Origin: Nageia nagi
Lineage: Eukaryota > Plantae > Pinophyta
Reading direction: 5' to 3'
Assembly (NCBI GenBank): GCA_050084985.1
Contig: JBITNC010000001.1
Location: 6,448,001-6,512,000 of the forward strand
Length of the DNA: 64,000 nt
Shown here piece after piece: positions 26,900 through 39,355 of this stretch (positions are counted from its first letter, which is position 1; each line of letters opens with the position of its first letter). The translations under genes and the position numbers were made by a program. Under the pieces are notes generated by a model. The model was not told where the DNA came from, searched no databases, and worked only from the letters and a program-made list of their open reading frames with translations.

Positions 26900-28380
26900 T
26901 AGATCATGGTTTCAGATACAGATCATGAGTGGTTTTGCTACTCTCTTAGAGGCAAATAGATTTGTGTGCATGCAGCTGTGATGTGGCTGCTTAGCAATCA
27001 CATTTGATGGATTTGCGGAGTTACAACCTTGGGAAATTTTGTGAAAACATTTGGGTAGATTCGTAGGCAAATTTCGTTGCAAACGAAGGTGATTTCATGG
27101 GCATATTCGAAAAAAATCTTGTGATGGATTTGCGCGAAGGTGTGAAGGATGCATGAAGGGGTAAATCGTGCTAGTTGGACGGTGAGGATGCCAAGACAGG
27201 TGAATTGATCTGTCGTGAGAGGGTTTTCTCTATCGTAGAAATGGTTGTCTTGATGTGCGTTAGAGAAACAATGTCAAAGATTGTCGTGTTAAGATCATTT
27301 GATGGGTACGTTGAAGACACGGACATAGAAGCCTCGATCTAGACTAGTGCTAGGGAGGAACCCTCATTGAAGAGGCATGAAGAAGACATGTGCGTGCATG
27401 CATTGAGGTTGTTTTCCCTAGACATTGTGGGTGCTAGCTATTTTCTGACTACTAGTGCACATCACAATCACCCAGATCGAGGACATGCATCTTCATAATC
27501 GAGAAAACCAATCTATTGAATAGCAAAAACGAATAAACAATGCTACTTGTTGAAGGTTTGACGTTACATGTGCACGAGAAAGGATATATTGGGTCGAAAT
27601 GCACCTAGAGTGAGTTTGGTGCAAAGCATGAGGAGTTTGTGTCTGCCACATGAGGATTCCTCTGTGAGAGCAGGTTTGGGCGTAAACATTTCTGGTGTTG
27701 GACATCGGTTGTGCTTCAACTATGTGTTGTATGATCGACAAGTGGGTGTACAGTAACTAAGTGAAGTTTGTGATGGCCAGATGAGGCAAGCAACAAATTG
27801 CTCGACAGGGGACTCAGTTCGGACACAGTTGTCTTGAGTTGTGCAATGAAAGTGCATATCCACCAAGACACCATTATTTGGTAATCCTCTCAAAGGGGAG
27901 TGTCACGGTGTTGCAATAGGATGTGCTTCTTGTTTTAGGAAAGACAAAATCAATTATTTTTAAGGTGGGTTGGCTTGTGGAGGGACGTGGTATGATAACC
28001 TACGAAGTTCATGGTTTTTGTGTTTGGCATGCCCTCGATTTCATGTTCACGATTTTGGTCAACAGCAGTTTTGTGAGGCCCATGGTTTTGACCCACGATA
28101 TTCATTTCTTCAATAGTTTTGTCGAACCCATGGTTTTTGGGTGATTGGGTAGTGTGAGTGGGCAGACTTTAATATTGTTTTTGGGTTGTTTTTTTTTATT
28201 AAGATTGGCATATTGATTGTTGACTTGGTGAGTTTCAGCAAGCAATATGTGGCTGCTACAGTTGTTTAGAGCCAGTATCCAATAGTTCTTACTCTGGATT
28301 AAGGGAGGGAAGAACAAGTATTTACCTCTATTTCAGTATTTGATGACTTATAGTTATGGCCACTCTACCTAACATTATGT
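26900..28380. mobile_element. Decayed LTR-retrotransposon-like fragment
   Basis: Higher GC; PPT-like AAAGGGGAG directly before TGTCAC at 27901; short catggtttt sub-repeats at 28010-28140. Family not assignable. Confidence 0.35.
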
Positions 28381-28399
28381 TGGAAGGTAACCATAGATT

Positions 28400-29063
28400 C
28401 TTTGGAAAGAATGTATGTTAACCATATTTGAATACAGGTGCTTGGATAAGATTTTCCTAGGTAGAGACACTCAACTCACAATTGCGGGTAATGACCACCA
28501 CAAGTTCAATGAACGAGATAAAGAAACAGTAATGTTGCTTAAGTTGTTTGTAACTGATGAGATGCTTCCATAAGTTTAAACTGGGAAGACTTCAGCTGCA
28601 ATTTGGAAGCATTTGTGAGAGTTACATGAGACCTCAGATAAGGGTAGAGCCTTCTTCCTGAAGAATATGTTGTTTTCAACAATGATGGATGAGATTGGAT
28701 AAGAAATACAACCAAGGTGCGTCTCCAAAGAAGGCTTCTATTGCAGAATATACAAAGGAGTGAGAGCAATTCAATGCTTCCTAAACTTAGTATGACTGAC
28801 CACTAAGGAAGGGTGTTAGATTAATATTAATTTAATAATGGTCGATTAGCTAATTAGAGATTAGGCATCAATAAAATGATTGTGACTATAATTTATTAGT
28901 TGTTAATTTGCAAAATAGATAGTTTTTGTTAATTAAATGGTTTTGTTTTTTGCATATTGCAATCTCTTTATATAGTATATACTATAGTATAATACAAACA
29001 AGTATCTAGTATTCAAGAAATCAAAATACTAATCAAGAGTGAGACTAACCTATTCTTTTATCA
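28400..29063 (+). mobile_element. Ty1/copia 3' remnant: RNase H tail, PPT and short LTR (28814-~29063)
   Basis: 'WIRNTTKVRLQRRLLLQNIQRSESNSMLPK' resembles the copia RNase H end; AAGGAAGGG then TGTTAGA at 28814; TATA-like tttatata at ~28967. Confidence 0.55.
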
Positions 29064-29539
29064 AATATTACAAGGCCCATATTATCTAGGCCCAAGTTTC
29101 TCCACCCTTTTACCACTGGAAGATTTCTAATAAAGTAAGGTTGTTCTCTCAAAGACCCAAACTCCCACTTCAAATTTCAAATCAACATCAGTTGGTTTTC
29201 TCAGAATTTCATCTACCTTGAGCCAATTGAAATTTCCTTTTTGCTGCATCAATATCTTGTGTGTTTTTTCTCGAAAGGCTTCAAATGGTTGGAACTTTTG
29301 TGCCTTCAAGATTCAAATCAATTAGCAAAGCAAGGTCAAAATTATAAAACGCCTTAAATGATGACATTTTAACAGATGTGTTTTATGTTTCATTATTGTG
29401 ATCCTCTACCAAATACAACATCTTTGCCCATGAAGGTTAATGATTTTCAACAAGAAGTATCAAATGCCCTTCTAAACATTTGATCAAAATTATGAAGGCC
29501 TTAAATGGTAACATTCTCAATAGATATAGTTATAACTAC

Positions 29540-30664
29540 TAGGGAGTGATGGAGAAGAGCAGAGGTGAGCTAGGGTTTGGTGAAGTCGAACCAAAGAGTG
29601 ACAAAGACAAAGAGGATAATGTTGTGGTAGCCATGTTGCTGCGACGAACCCCAAAGGCTACAATGCGACATTGGAGAAACATCATGGGATCCATGATGTG
29701 TAGGAGGGTTGCAGCCTTCCAGACCTACGGGACCTGGAAAGATGTGTGGCATTTTTCAGCCTGAGATCTTGAAGGGCTTGGAATTCGAGAAGGGCCAACC
29801 CCTAATGGTTGATGGTGAGAGGATCAAAGTAGACCGAATTGCTCAGCAAGCATACACAATGGATTCAACATTGGTTTTAGACTTCTCTTTGGATTCTCAT
29901 TTTTCTTCTATGGAGATTGAATTTCTTTTTCGTGTAGAACAACCTTTGTTTCCAAAGGCTTTGTTTGATTTCTCTTTGGATTTGTGTTTTTACTCATCTA
30001 AGAACAAAGGGCTTTTTAACGTTGCGCCATTGTTGAAGCCTGAAGCAAACTCTCAAGATAGTTTTATTCACAATGAAGCAGATTTGTCTATTGATATCTC
30101 TACGCTGTTTGGCAATTGTGCTGAACCAGTGAAGGGCCCTAAGAGCAACTTTGTGGTTTCTAAGAAGGGCATGGGTTTTGAACATTTCTTACCTGATTCC
30201 TAATATGGCATTGAATGCAGAGATCTCCAGATGCACTCGAGAGATCTCTTTACCTAGTCCTCTTGTGGGGAAGGGTCCTTTGAGGTTTGTTACATTGGGA
30301 GGGATCTCTCTACTAGGCCCTCTTGTGGCGTAGGGTACTTTGGGATTTGCTAGATCTTGTTTTTCCAAGAATTCTCTTGGGAGAAACCTTCTATTAGAAA
30401 CGAATCTTGTGTTGGGCAGTAACAAGTTTTTCTAATTTCAACCCATGTTTTACTTGGGACAAAGTTCTATTTTGGGCAGCAAAAATGTTTATTCAGGCCC
30501 GTGTTTCAAACTAAAGAAATATAGCCCTCGGCTTTACAAGTGGTCATGATTGCAAGGAGACTACTCAACCCTATGTCTTGATACTTTTTTGGACTAATAT
30601 TTCTTATCTTTTATTGTAAAAGTTTGGAAATCCTTTCAAAATTCACGTTTTCAATTAAAAAAAA
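29540..30664 (+). mobile_element. LINE-derived fragment with A-rich tail
   Basis: Short overlapping ORFs with no splice support; ends ttgtaaaagtttgg...ttttcaattaaaaaaaa, similar in layout to the tail at ~22140-22205. Confidence 0.4.
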
Positions 30665-31789
30665 CATTCCCAATAGATATATGCTATGTTGCATAACCGT
30701 ATATACTATTTTTCCACCAAATACGACAAATTTTTTCATAAGCTTCTTGATTTTTAATATGGCTTATCAAAGACCATACCATACATCTATTTAAAATTTG
30801 TATCTATCCATTTGTTGACTAAAATATTGTGCTTGGAGTCAAGGTGTTGGCAACAAGTTTAAAAACTTCTCTCCACAAATTGTCGATAATTTTGGATCTT
30901 GGTTGCTAAGCAATTTTCTTCAAAAAAACTCATAATCCAATACATCCATTGCATAAACACAACTTGTGAGACCTTACCCATTTTGACTAAAAACAATAAA
31001 ATGAGTATACATAGTCAGCTATCGACCACAATGTAAAATTTATCCCATCCACTCAAGATACAATTGAGGTACATGCTAACTAGTTCCAATTTTCCAATTG
31101 AGAATAGGCAAAGATTAAAGAAAAGCGGAACTTTTCACAATGTTGATTTCACTCATTTTGAAAAGCCCCAACTAAAGCTATTTGCATCTTTTTGAAGCCC
31201 TCATCCTATAGTAAGTCTATAAAAATGAAGATTTACAATTAATTAGGAGCTTTCCCTTGAACATAAGTAAAGAAAGAAATTAAGATTCTTAAAGAAAGTC
31301 ATTCCCTTGGAAATGTGTATTTGTTGTCATCTGCATGTCCAAATCTCAATATTGTTGTAGAAAATGCTCTATCATCCTTGGCATATTTGGCCAGCATCTA
31401 CTATCGCAATTTGTGTTTTGCTATGAATATTGCTACTAACTTGAATAGTTGGGGCAAAGTATTGGTACCCATGTTATTAATGCCTTCTACTAAATTTCAA
31501 ACTCAAAATCTTGTTAAATTTCTTGCCCAATTTTCATGTAGTTCAATACAATCTTCTACAACAAGAAATATTTCATTCTTTACCAATTACATGCGTATAT
31601 GAGTGAAAAAACGTTGACCCAAAAATGAAAAAGCATTGCATGAAATATTCCAAGCCTTGGTGGTCTGCATGGAATGCAGGGGTGAAAGGGAGATTACTTG
31701 TAAATTTGGTCCTACCCAACAGACCTATGAAGGAAAGTTTTAATTCACCTTATGTATATAGTTTTGAATTTGCATCTTGTTAGTTTCTA

Positions 31790-32110
31790 CCAAGGGTCCA
31801 CGAGCCCTCAAGAATGTCTCCCTACTATTCCCTTTTTGGGGAACGACAGGGAGATGTTCCCAGGAACATTCCTTGAGGATGGGGAGTCATTCTCGAATGA
31901 CCACCCTTCCAAGAACGCCTCAAGCACATCTTGCTCATTCCCAAGAGTGGAAAGAGAACGGTTGGTCATTCTCGAAAACTTCCAAGCATTCCCAAGTTGT
32001 GGGAAACCAATCAACTTGAAAAAAAAAATCAATTCAAAATTAAAAAATGAAGTACAAAGTTACATGGGGTGGATCCCACCATTGTCTCCACCCCTAAAAC
32101 TCTAAAAGTT
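31790..32110. mobile_element. Possible terminal fragment of a hAT/MITE-like element
   Basis: Dense inverted and direct sub-repeats (ttccc/gggaa, cattctcgaa x2) followed by an A-rich stretch. Confidence 0.35.
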
Positions 32111-32399
32111 ACTAGAACTCATTAGCAGTAACCTCTCTTATGAAATCATTAGTGAAATGAAGTGAATGGTGACAATCATAGATACAAAGACTAATGCGGT
32201 TAACAACAATTGCAAGCAATAATGACTAGTTATAATAGTTGTAGAAGTGGCATAGAATACCAATCACAAAACTCTATTTGGTGCAATCTATGGATATAGA
32301 TTGGCATGAACAAAGTCTAGGAATGGCAAGAACAATCAATATAAATAGCACATGCTTCTTTAATAAAAGTCTTTGATACTTGTGAAGCTTCCTCAGCTG

Positions 32400-35300
32400 T
32401 GTTAGATTCAACTAGTACAAATAGCAAAAACAACATGTGAATTTCAGTAACAAAAAGTAACCAATTTACTACAAATACAATACAAGAAATCAATTAGCAA
32501 TGGAACACCATTCGCAATTGCCAAATCCAGAAAAATGAATAATAGAAGTTCGCAATGATGCCTCTCACTTCAAAGGGGTGACCTCCCAAATATGCAAAGA
32601 TACCAAATTAGAGAATATGATGATATGATGTCTATGGGTCTAACCCATGATCATATTTATATGCAATGTGATTGCTACACTAGCCTTTATAACCTATTAC
32701 GATGATATTAAGGCCAATTATATGGTTATTTAGAGATCATAACATGCCTCTTCCCATCGAAAAGCTTTTTCCTCAAAGCTTTCAATTGTGGAAAGTCTTT
32801 TAATATAGTTTCTACCTCCCAAGTAGTATCTTCTTCTAGAAAGTCCTTTCATTTGATTAGTAATTCCTTGACCTCTTGATTCAGTAACTACATTGCGCAT
32901 TCTTCTAATATAGCTTTTGATTCCATCAAAATCTTTCCTTCTTTATCAAGTTATTTTAGATTTATTTGTGCTTGTATATTTTTTCCAATTACCTATTTCA
33001 TATAAAAAAACATGACAGATGGGATGAATTGTTGAAGAAGCTGGTATTTTCAATTAATATGCTACTTCTTTGTATGGTCCGAAGAATTTCGGTGCCAACT
33101 TCTACTTGATTTCTTTTATTTTAAAGATGCTTGTTCGTAAAGTTGCAGGTGAATGAATACCAAATACCAAATCACCTTCTTAAAAACATTTTTCAATTTT
33201 ATGTTGGTCCACTTATTTCATGCAACTTTGAGCTCATTGAGGTGAGGATTTCTTGTCGATGCTACAATATGTTACTCACTTCATTGACTTTTGCTCATCC
33301 AAGGAATCCATCTATATAGGGGTTTTATGCCCGTAAAGTGCTTCATAGGGAAACATCTCACTGGAGAAATAGTATGATGTATAATGCCACCTTTGGCTAA
33401 GGAAAGCCATGTGATCCATTGCGCTTGTTTATCTAATGCAAAATATCTTAACTATGTTTCCAAGCATTTGTCACATTTGTTTCACCATTTGATCGTGGGT
33501 GGTAAGCAAAGCTCATATTTAACTTAGTGCCACTAATTAAGAAAAGTTCCCTCCATAAATTGTTTGTGGATATTGAATCTCTATCACTCACAATGTGTTT
33601 TGGCATATCATGGAGGTGAAAGACCTAATCTAGAAAAATTTTGGCTACTTAGTTTGCCATGAAAGGATGTTAGAGAGCGAGAAAATGCACATATTTGGAT
33701 AGCCTATCCACCACAACAAGTATTGTTGTTTTTCTTTTTTATTTGGTCAATGCTTTAAAAAAGTCTATTGAGATATTTGACCACTGTTTATTCGGAATAG
33801 GTAGGGGTTGCAATGGTCCAAGCATTTTTACTATTTCACCTTTGTATCTCTCTCCACAATTGTTTTTACATCTTGTTTAAGTCCCTCCCAAAAGATTGAT
33901 TACTTTACTCTATGAAAGGTTTTGAAGAATCCAAAGTGACCTACTACAAAGAATGCATGTAACTCTTGAAGAATCAATTTCTTGCATGTAGAACTCTTGC
34001 CTAAGTCTGTCTTGTTTTGGAATTTGAGAATTTCATTTTGCCATTGAAATCCAATAAGTTAATTGTCATTGTTGATGAAGTGTTGAATGATATTTACTAT
34101 ATTTGCTCCATCCATGTTGTTTGCAAATATGATATTGCAAGTAGAGACACACATTCCTCAATATTCTAGATGATGCAATTGAAACCACATTTTCTCTCTT
34201 TCTGTCTTGGATCTTCTTGATAGGATTCTCAAATACAAAGGGATGACCATCTTGCATCAATATAACATTGATTCCAAAATGAAATTCTCAAATTTATGTG
34301 AGCTCACTACTTGTGGGGGTGAAGTCTTTATACCTTTTATCATGATTTCTTTAGCTCCTTTCCATTTTAAATATATTTCCTTGAGCTTCATTGCAAAATA
34401 TCCATCATCTATGGAATACATATTTATGTTGAAAGAATATAATCATCTATGGTTAATTTAATATCAAGACACATACTTTTGCATGATGCATTTTATCCAT
34501 TGGGTATGAATACATTAAAGTTCTTTATGGGGTGTAGTTATACAAAGCAATTCAAACCTTGGCCTTTAAATTGTTAATAAAGTTATTTGTACCACCACTA
34601 TCAATAAGGACAACAACTTCCTTTTGTTTTTTAATGTAATCGCATACCATGAGTGTGTGTAGCGATGAGATTTTGACCTATGCATGGAGCAAAATTGTTG
34701 TTATTTCCTCATTTTTTTGGCTCTTCTTCTACTTCAGCTTCTTCAACTTGTTCCTCTAGATCAGAATCATCTCCTTTTAGAATGCATTCCATGGCAATCT
34801 TGTGTCCCTTGCTCCATTGTTTATCACATCTAAAACATAGCCCCTTGGATACCCTGTTATTAACCTCACTTTTTGACCTCCAAACAAACTTCTCATTTCC
34901 TTCCTTGCTATTGGTTGCTAAGGATATTTTAAAGGGTGGTTGGTAACTTATTGCAAGTTTTGCCTCCACATTTTCTGCTTTGGTGAGTGCTTCCTCCCAT
35001 GTTTTTGGTTCAAGCATGTCCACCTCCTTTCTAATTTTCTCTTTTGAGTTCTGAAAGGAAAGAAAACGAAAATTCCTCCCTTAGAACGCTACGTACATTA
35101 CAGAACAATTTGATAAATTGTGCTCCACAATCTTCGATTAAACCGTAAAAATAGTAAAAACTACTTGTTCTTTGGATTTGTTCTTCCTCTTATACTACTT
35201 GTTACAATTCCAATAATCAAGAGTAACCAATTACAGTAAATAACAATATGAGAGATTACGCAATTGTCAAGTTCAAATTAGTTTGATAGATCTAGAATTG

Positions 35301-35773
35301 AGGATGCAAGAAAAACAATGAGATCTACAGCCTGATGTGTTTGTAGCATAGCAATGCCTTTGCAATCACTCTTCTATGCTACTGATACCATTTGTTATAA
35401 TTCCACTAGTATAAATAACAAAAATAACATATGAATTCCACAATTTCAGCATTCAAGAGTGACCAATTACAGCAAATAATAATTTGAGAAATCAATTAAC
35501 AATAGAACACCATGCACAATTGCCAAGTTCAGAATAGTGAATAATAGAAGTTTATAATGAATAATCAACAAAAGATCTAGAACTATCACTTCAAGGGCAC
35601 AACCTCTTCCATTTGCAAAGATACCAAATTAGGTAATATGATTATATGATGTCTATAGGTCTAACCCATACTCCTATTTATATATAAATATGGTTGTTGC
35701 ACTAATCTCTATAATCTATACCCAACTTGCAATGATATTAAACTTAATTATGCAGTTATGCAGGTTCATAATA
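32400..35773 (-). mobile_element. Internally deleted chromovirus-type (Reina-like) LTR retrotransposon inside the intron
   Basis: LTRs 32400-32744 and 35393-35773 are homologous; PBS TGGTATCAG at 35390-35382; PPT GGGAAGAGG beside 32744; flanks AGCTG/AATTG; gag knuckle 'GLCFRCDKQWSKGHK' (34709-35023), protease, integrase 33000-34000, chromodomain 'DTTWE' ~32820; RT absent. Confidence 0.85.
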
Positions 35774-35889
35774 AATTGTTTATTTAAAATTCTCAGATAT
35801 TGCTGTTAAGAATTACATAAAAGCAATCCAAAATCAATGATGTGAAATTTGATCATAACTAATTTGCATAATAAAAGTCAACCACTCAC

Positions 35890-36077
35890 CTAGTAAATAA
35901 TTTGTATCAGCATATTTGGTCATAGGCAATCCTGCTGTCACCACTTGTAAGCCTCACTATCACACATATCTAACCCGAACTTTAAGAAGTACTGATCAAA
36001 CACAAATACCAACATTTGGCGAACCACCTCCACCGACAAAAAACAGGGACGACCAGATCCTATGGATATCATTGCGT
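35890..36077 (-). other. Host gene 5'-leader exon 2 (contains uORFs)
   Basis: Acceptor aatttgcAG at 36079-36078, consensus donor AG|GTGAGT at 35889; GC-richer than its flanks; in-frame stop prevents extension of the main ORF. Confidence 0.7.
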
Positions 36078-36461
36078 CTGCAAATTCTTAAAAGATTTGT
36101 AATCGGAATAAATACAAAATAGAGATCAGTAATAACCAATTCAAATCATTATCAAATTGAGACTAAATAGGATCTATAGAACAACAAAACGATGCACACA
36201 GATTGATCCATAATGTTTGGAGATTTTAACTGCTTTCAAATTCAAAATATGGAAACATATTCGTATGTCCCACAACTGAATGCTCATGCCTACTCACAAA
36301 TGGAGAACCGCAACCATTTTGATAAAACTTAATTTCTCATGGATGTTGTGACAAGTAAAATCTTGATAAACCCATAACCATAAAACAAAAAAAAAGATAT
36401 CACACATGAGCAAACAAGATCTGCTTCCTATAGAGCAGTATATAAATATATATGAACTTAC

Positions 36462-36660
36462 AGGTTGCCTAAACCCTTGAAAACCCCAGAAATCTGTTCA
36501 ATAATGGCGATGCCAAGTCCAAAATCCTGACTGTTTCATACGATGTGGGAACGATGCCCCCGCATTGAACGACATGGCTACAAGAGGTCCGTGGTACGAA
36601 CCCCGCGGCATTGCAGGCATACTAAGGAGGAAACTGAAACGATCTTTTCTCTCTTCGGAT
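36462..36660 (-). other. Host gene 5'-leader exon 1 (TSS approximate)
   Basis: Donor |GTAAGT at 36461; CpG-retaining, GC-rich patch unlike the surrounding TE DNA; lies just downstream of core promoter motifs. Confidence 0.65.
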
Positions 36661-36800
36661 GGTAAGGATTAAAAGGAAGAAGGTATTTATCTGCTTCAAT
36701 GACTGTCAATAGTAGTTGGATAAAGGCAAAAGGTGTACGACCCGGATGAGAAAAACTAAGGAATAGGCGAAATAATCCACACTGGGAGGGCCCATCTTAT
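36661..36800 (-). promoter_or_regulatory. Putative core promoter of the host gene
   Basis: TATA-like GATAAATA (36691-36684) followed by a pyrimidine patch; site II motif TGGGCC (36794-36789); TGACAGTCA near-palindrome (36700-36708). Confidence 0.5.
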
Positions 36801-37149
36801 TTTGATTTGACACATTCGAATCACACTGTAATTATTGATGTTTTTTTCTTAGATATCATCCGTCAGTTTTGGTTTTTTTTTTGGGAGGTTAAAGTATTGA
36901 GAAGGTGATTATGATTCAGCAAACCATCTTCCAAAATATCTAGATTATCCTGTAGGACAAGTGTTATTTTAGGATGTGAAATTAAGCTAGGCGAAAATCA
37001 GGAATCTGTTGGGAGTTCAATGTAATCTAAAAATATGGAATAGTCATGAAGATAGATGATTAATATATATATATTTTTAATGAAAGTTCACTTTACGATT
37101 CATGTCATGAGACATATTATATGAGGGGAGATTTGATTCTTGGTTATTT

Positions 37150-39355
37150 TTCTTTATTTTTTAAATGGAAAAGTTAATTATATTAATAAAGTAATTTTAT
37201 ATAAAAAAAGGTGAGTAGGATTTATAAATTCAGAAAATCTATTAATCGAATAAAATATGTTAAGTAGTATTATAACAATATTAATCAAAATAAAATTGTA
37301 AAAGTCAAAATCATTTATCAAAACAGTCATAATAACTAGCTATAAATCAATTCATATCATGATGGTTTGGAGAATGAGCTAGAATTTCTCCACAATGTGA
37401 TCATAATGTTGCCCATCAAATGATGACATGGTGACATTCCAACCTTCATTATTAGAAGCATTAATTTTACCCTTCAATGATTGTCCTAAGCACTTATGGG
37501 AGTGATGGCATTATCACCCCATCCAACAACAGCTTCAAAAGTTGTAGGTCGCACATCCCAGCCAAAGGTATGACAAGAAGGGCTTCCTCCATAAGCATTG
37601 GGTGCTTCAGATTGAGAGGAGGTCGCAACCAATGCCTTTCCTTAGGCAAATTCATAGGCCAAGAGTATGAGCTACAATGGGAGCGAGATGCGACTACGAA
37701 TGTCCCCAAGGTGGCGAACTTGGAAGGATCCTTCTCATAAAGTAGGGAGCATTTTCTCAATGGTCCATTAAGTTCTTCAGGTATTGTATCTCCACATTGA
37801 CCTTTTCTACATGTACAATGATATGCAACTAGCAATCATAAAAATATTATATTTCATCAGTAAGAGAAAAAGAAAGAGAGACATCTTGTTGGTTGAACAT
37901 TGCTTTGTTTTAAGTTTTCCAAAGGTGAAAAAGAGTACTAATACGAAAAATATTCCACACAACAACAAGTTAGTCTGAAAATTCAACAAGATCACCAAGA
38001 ATAGCATGAGGCCAGGAAAAAGAGATGAGCATAAAGGGTCTAAAAAGGGAAAGAAGTCATTTACATGCTAACTTGGCCTAACTATAGTTCCATAAAGGAT
38101 GCATGAAATCTTTTGTCTCACCACAAAAGATGCAGGTAGGATTTTCTACACCTAGGTATTTCAAATGTTGTCCTAATGGTAAACCTTGATGTATAACACT
38201 CCATACAAAGAAAGCTTGTTTGGGTTCAATATAGGGGTCCCAAGCCATTTTAAACCAAGTTATACTCCACCTTGAAGGAGAGGAAATAAGATCTCATTAT
38301 TATTCAAGGAGCTTTCCATTGAAACATAGGGAGAGAACCAATTATAACTAATATGGTCTTTATACTACAATAAAGGAACATGTTTAGGCCAAAGCTAATT
38401 GACCCAAAACTATCTTTGAAAATGTTTTAGTAATTTGCACCAAATAAAGAAGGGAACTTGATCAATCACCACATCATATAAATCTTTATCTTTTGGTTTC
38501 AAATTATTAAATTGCTTGAATGAATCCCACATGATCCAATCCTTCGTATGCATGTAGTAGAAGCCTAAGATTTGATCAATTCCTTTTATGAAAAAATCTC
38601 TTAACTCTTACCCATTGAACTTGGGTAAGGGTTTGAGCTTGATAAGTGATAATAAGGGATCACCATATATTAATAGTACAAAGGGAAGCTCCTACCCGAC
38701 TATTTAAGCCTTTTTAAGAGGATTCATATGCTTTCCAAATGCTAGGACCTTGTCAAACTTTCTTACCATGAGGTAACCCACAAGATACGAAATGTACGAA
38801 GAATTTTCCATGAGTCATCAGCTATTAAAGCTTGAATAATCTATTTGGAACATAAAGCAAGATCTTGATTTTAACAATCAAATAAATCCATGGCATCATA
38901 GGATTTAGGAAGGCAAGAAATCTCTCAAGCAACTACTTTGTGAAAACCTTTTTTGACAGTATCTTTAGCTTAGAGAAAATCTCTTAAAATCTTCTCTAGC
39001 TTCTTGTAACAATCTTTAGAGGGAACCCAACAAGAAGATTAATAAACATGAGTAGAAGCCATAACCTTTGAGCAAATTTGGTATTTCCTATATAAAGAAA
39101 GCTTCTTAGAGGACCAATAAGACAACTTTTTCTCTACTTTTTGAACAACATATTGCCAAAGTTGAGTTGCCAAAGTTGAGCTAATGACCCTTAAAAGGCA
39201 AAATCCATTGAGTGTGTTCCAACCACTTAGGGAGAGGTTTCTATGATTCATGAAACATAAGTTTTTCCTACACTGAACATTAGAACCATAAGCAAGGCAT
39301 AAAACATATAAGCATTTAACAATGGTGGCAAAAGAATGTTCATCTTCCTTAATTG
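37150..39355 (-). mobile_element. LINE (L1-like) ORF2 3' portion, degenerate
   Basis: 'CLYVLCLAYGSNV..VVQKVEKKLSYWSSKKLSL..QICSKV' (39039-39355) matches the post-RT region; zf-RVT-like 'PKQAFFVWSVIHQGLP' (~38180-38225); T-rich tail complement near 37150. Confidence 0.75.

Larger units (their letters stand above)
25430..35889 (-). other. ~10.5 kb 5'-leader intron containing TE insertions
   Basis: Donor AG|GTGAGT at 35889 and acceptor at 25430; no other convincing exon seen between them. Pairing is inferred. Confidence 0.65.

Noticed and set aside
29709-30203. 164-aa ORF as a nested host gene
   Set aside because: Non-ATG start, no recognisable domain or splice structure, and it sits in a segment ending in a LINE-like A tail.
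35916-36122. Plus-strand 68-aa ORF over leader exon 2
   Set aside because: GTG start, antisense to the splice signals; probably a shadow of the minus-strand frames.
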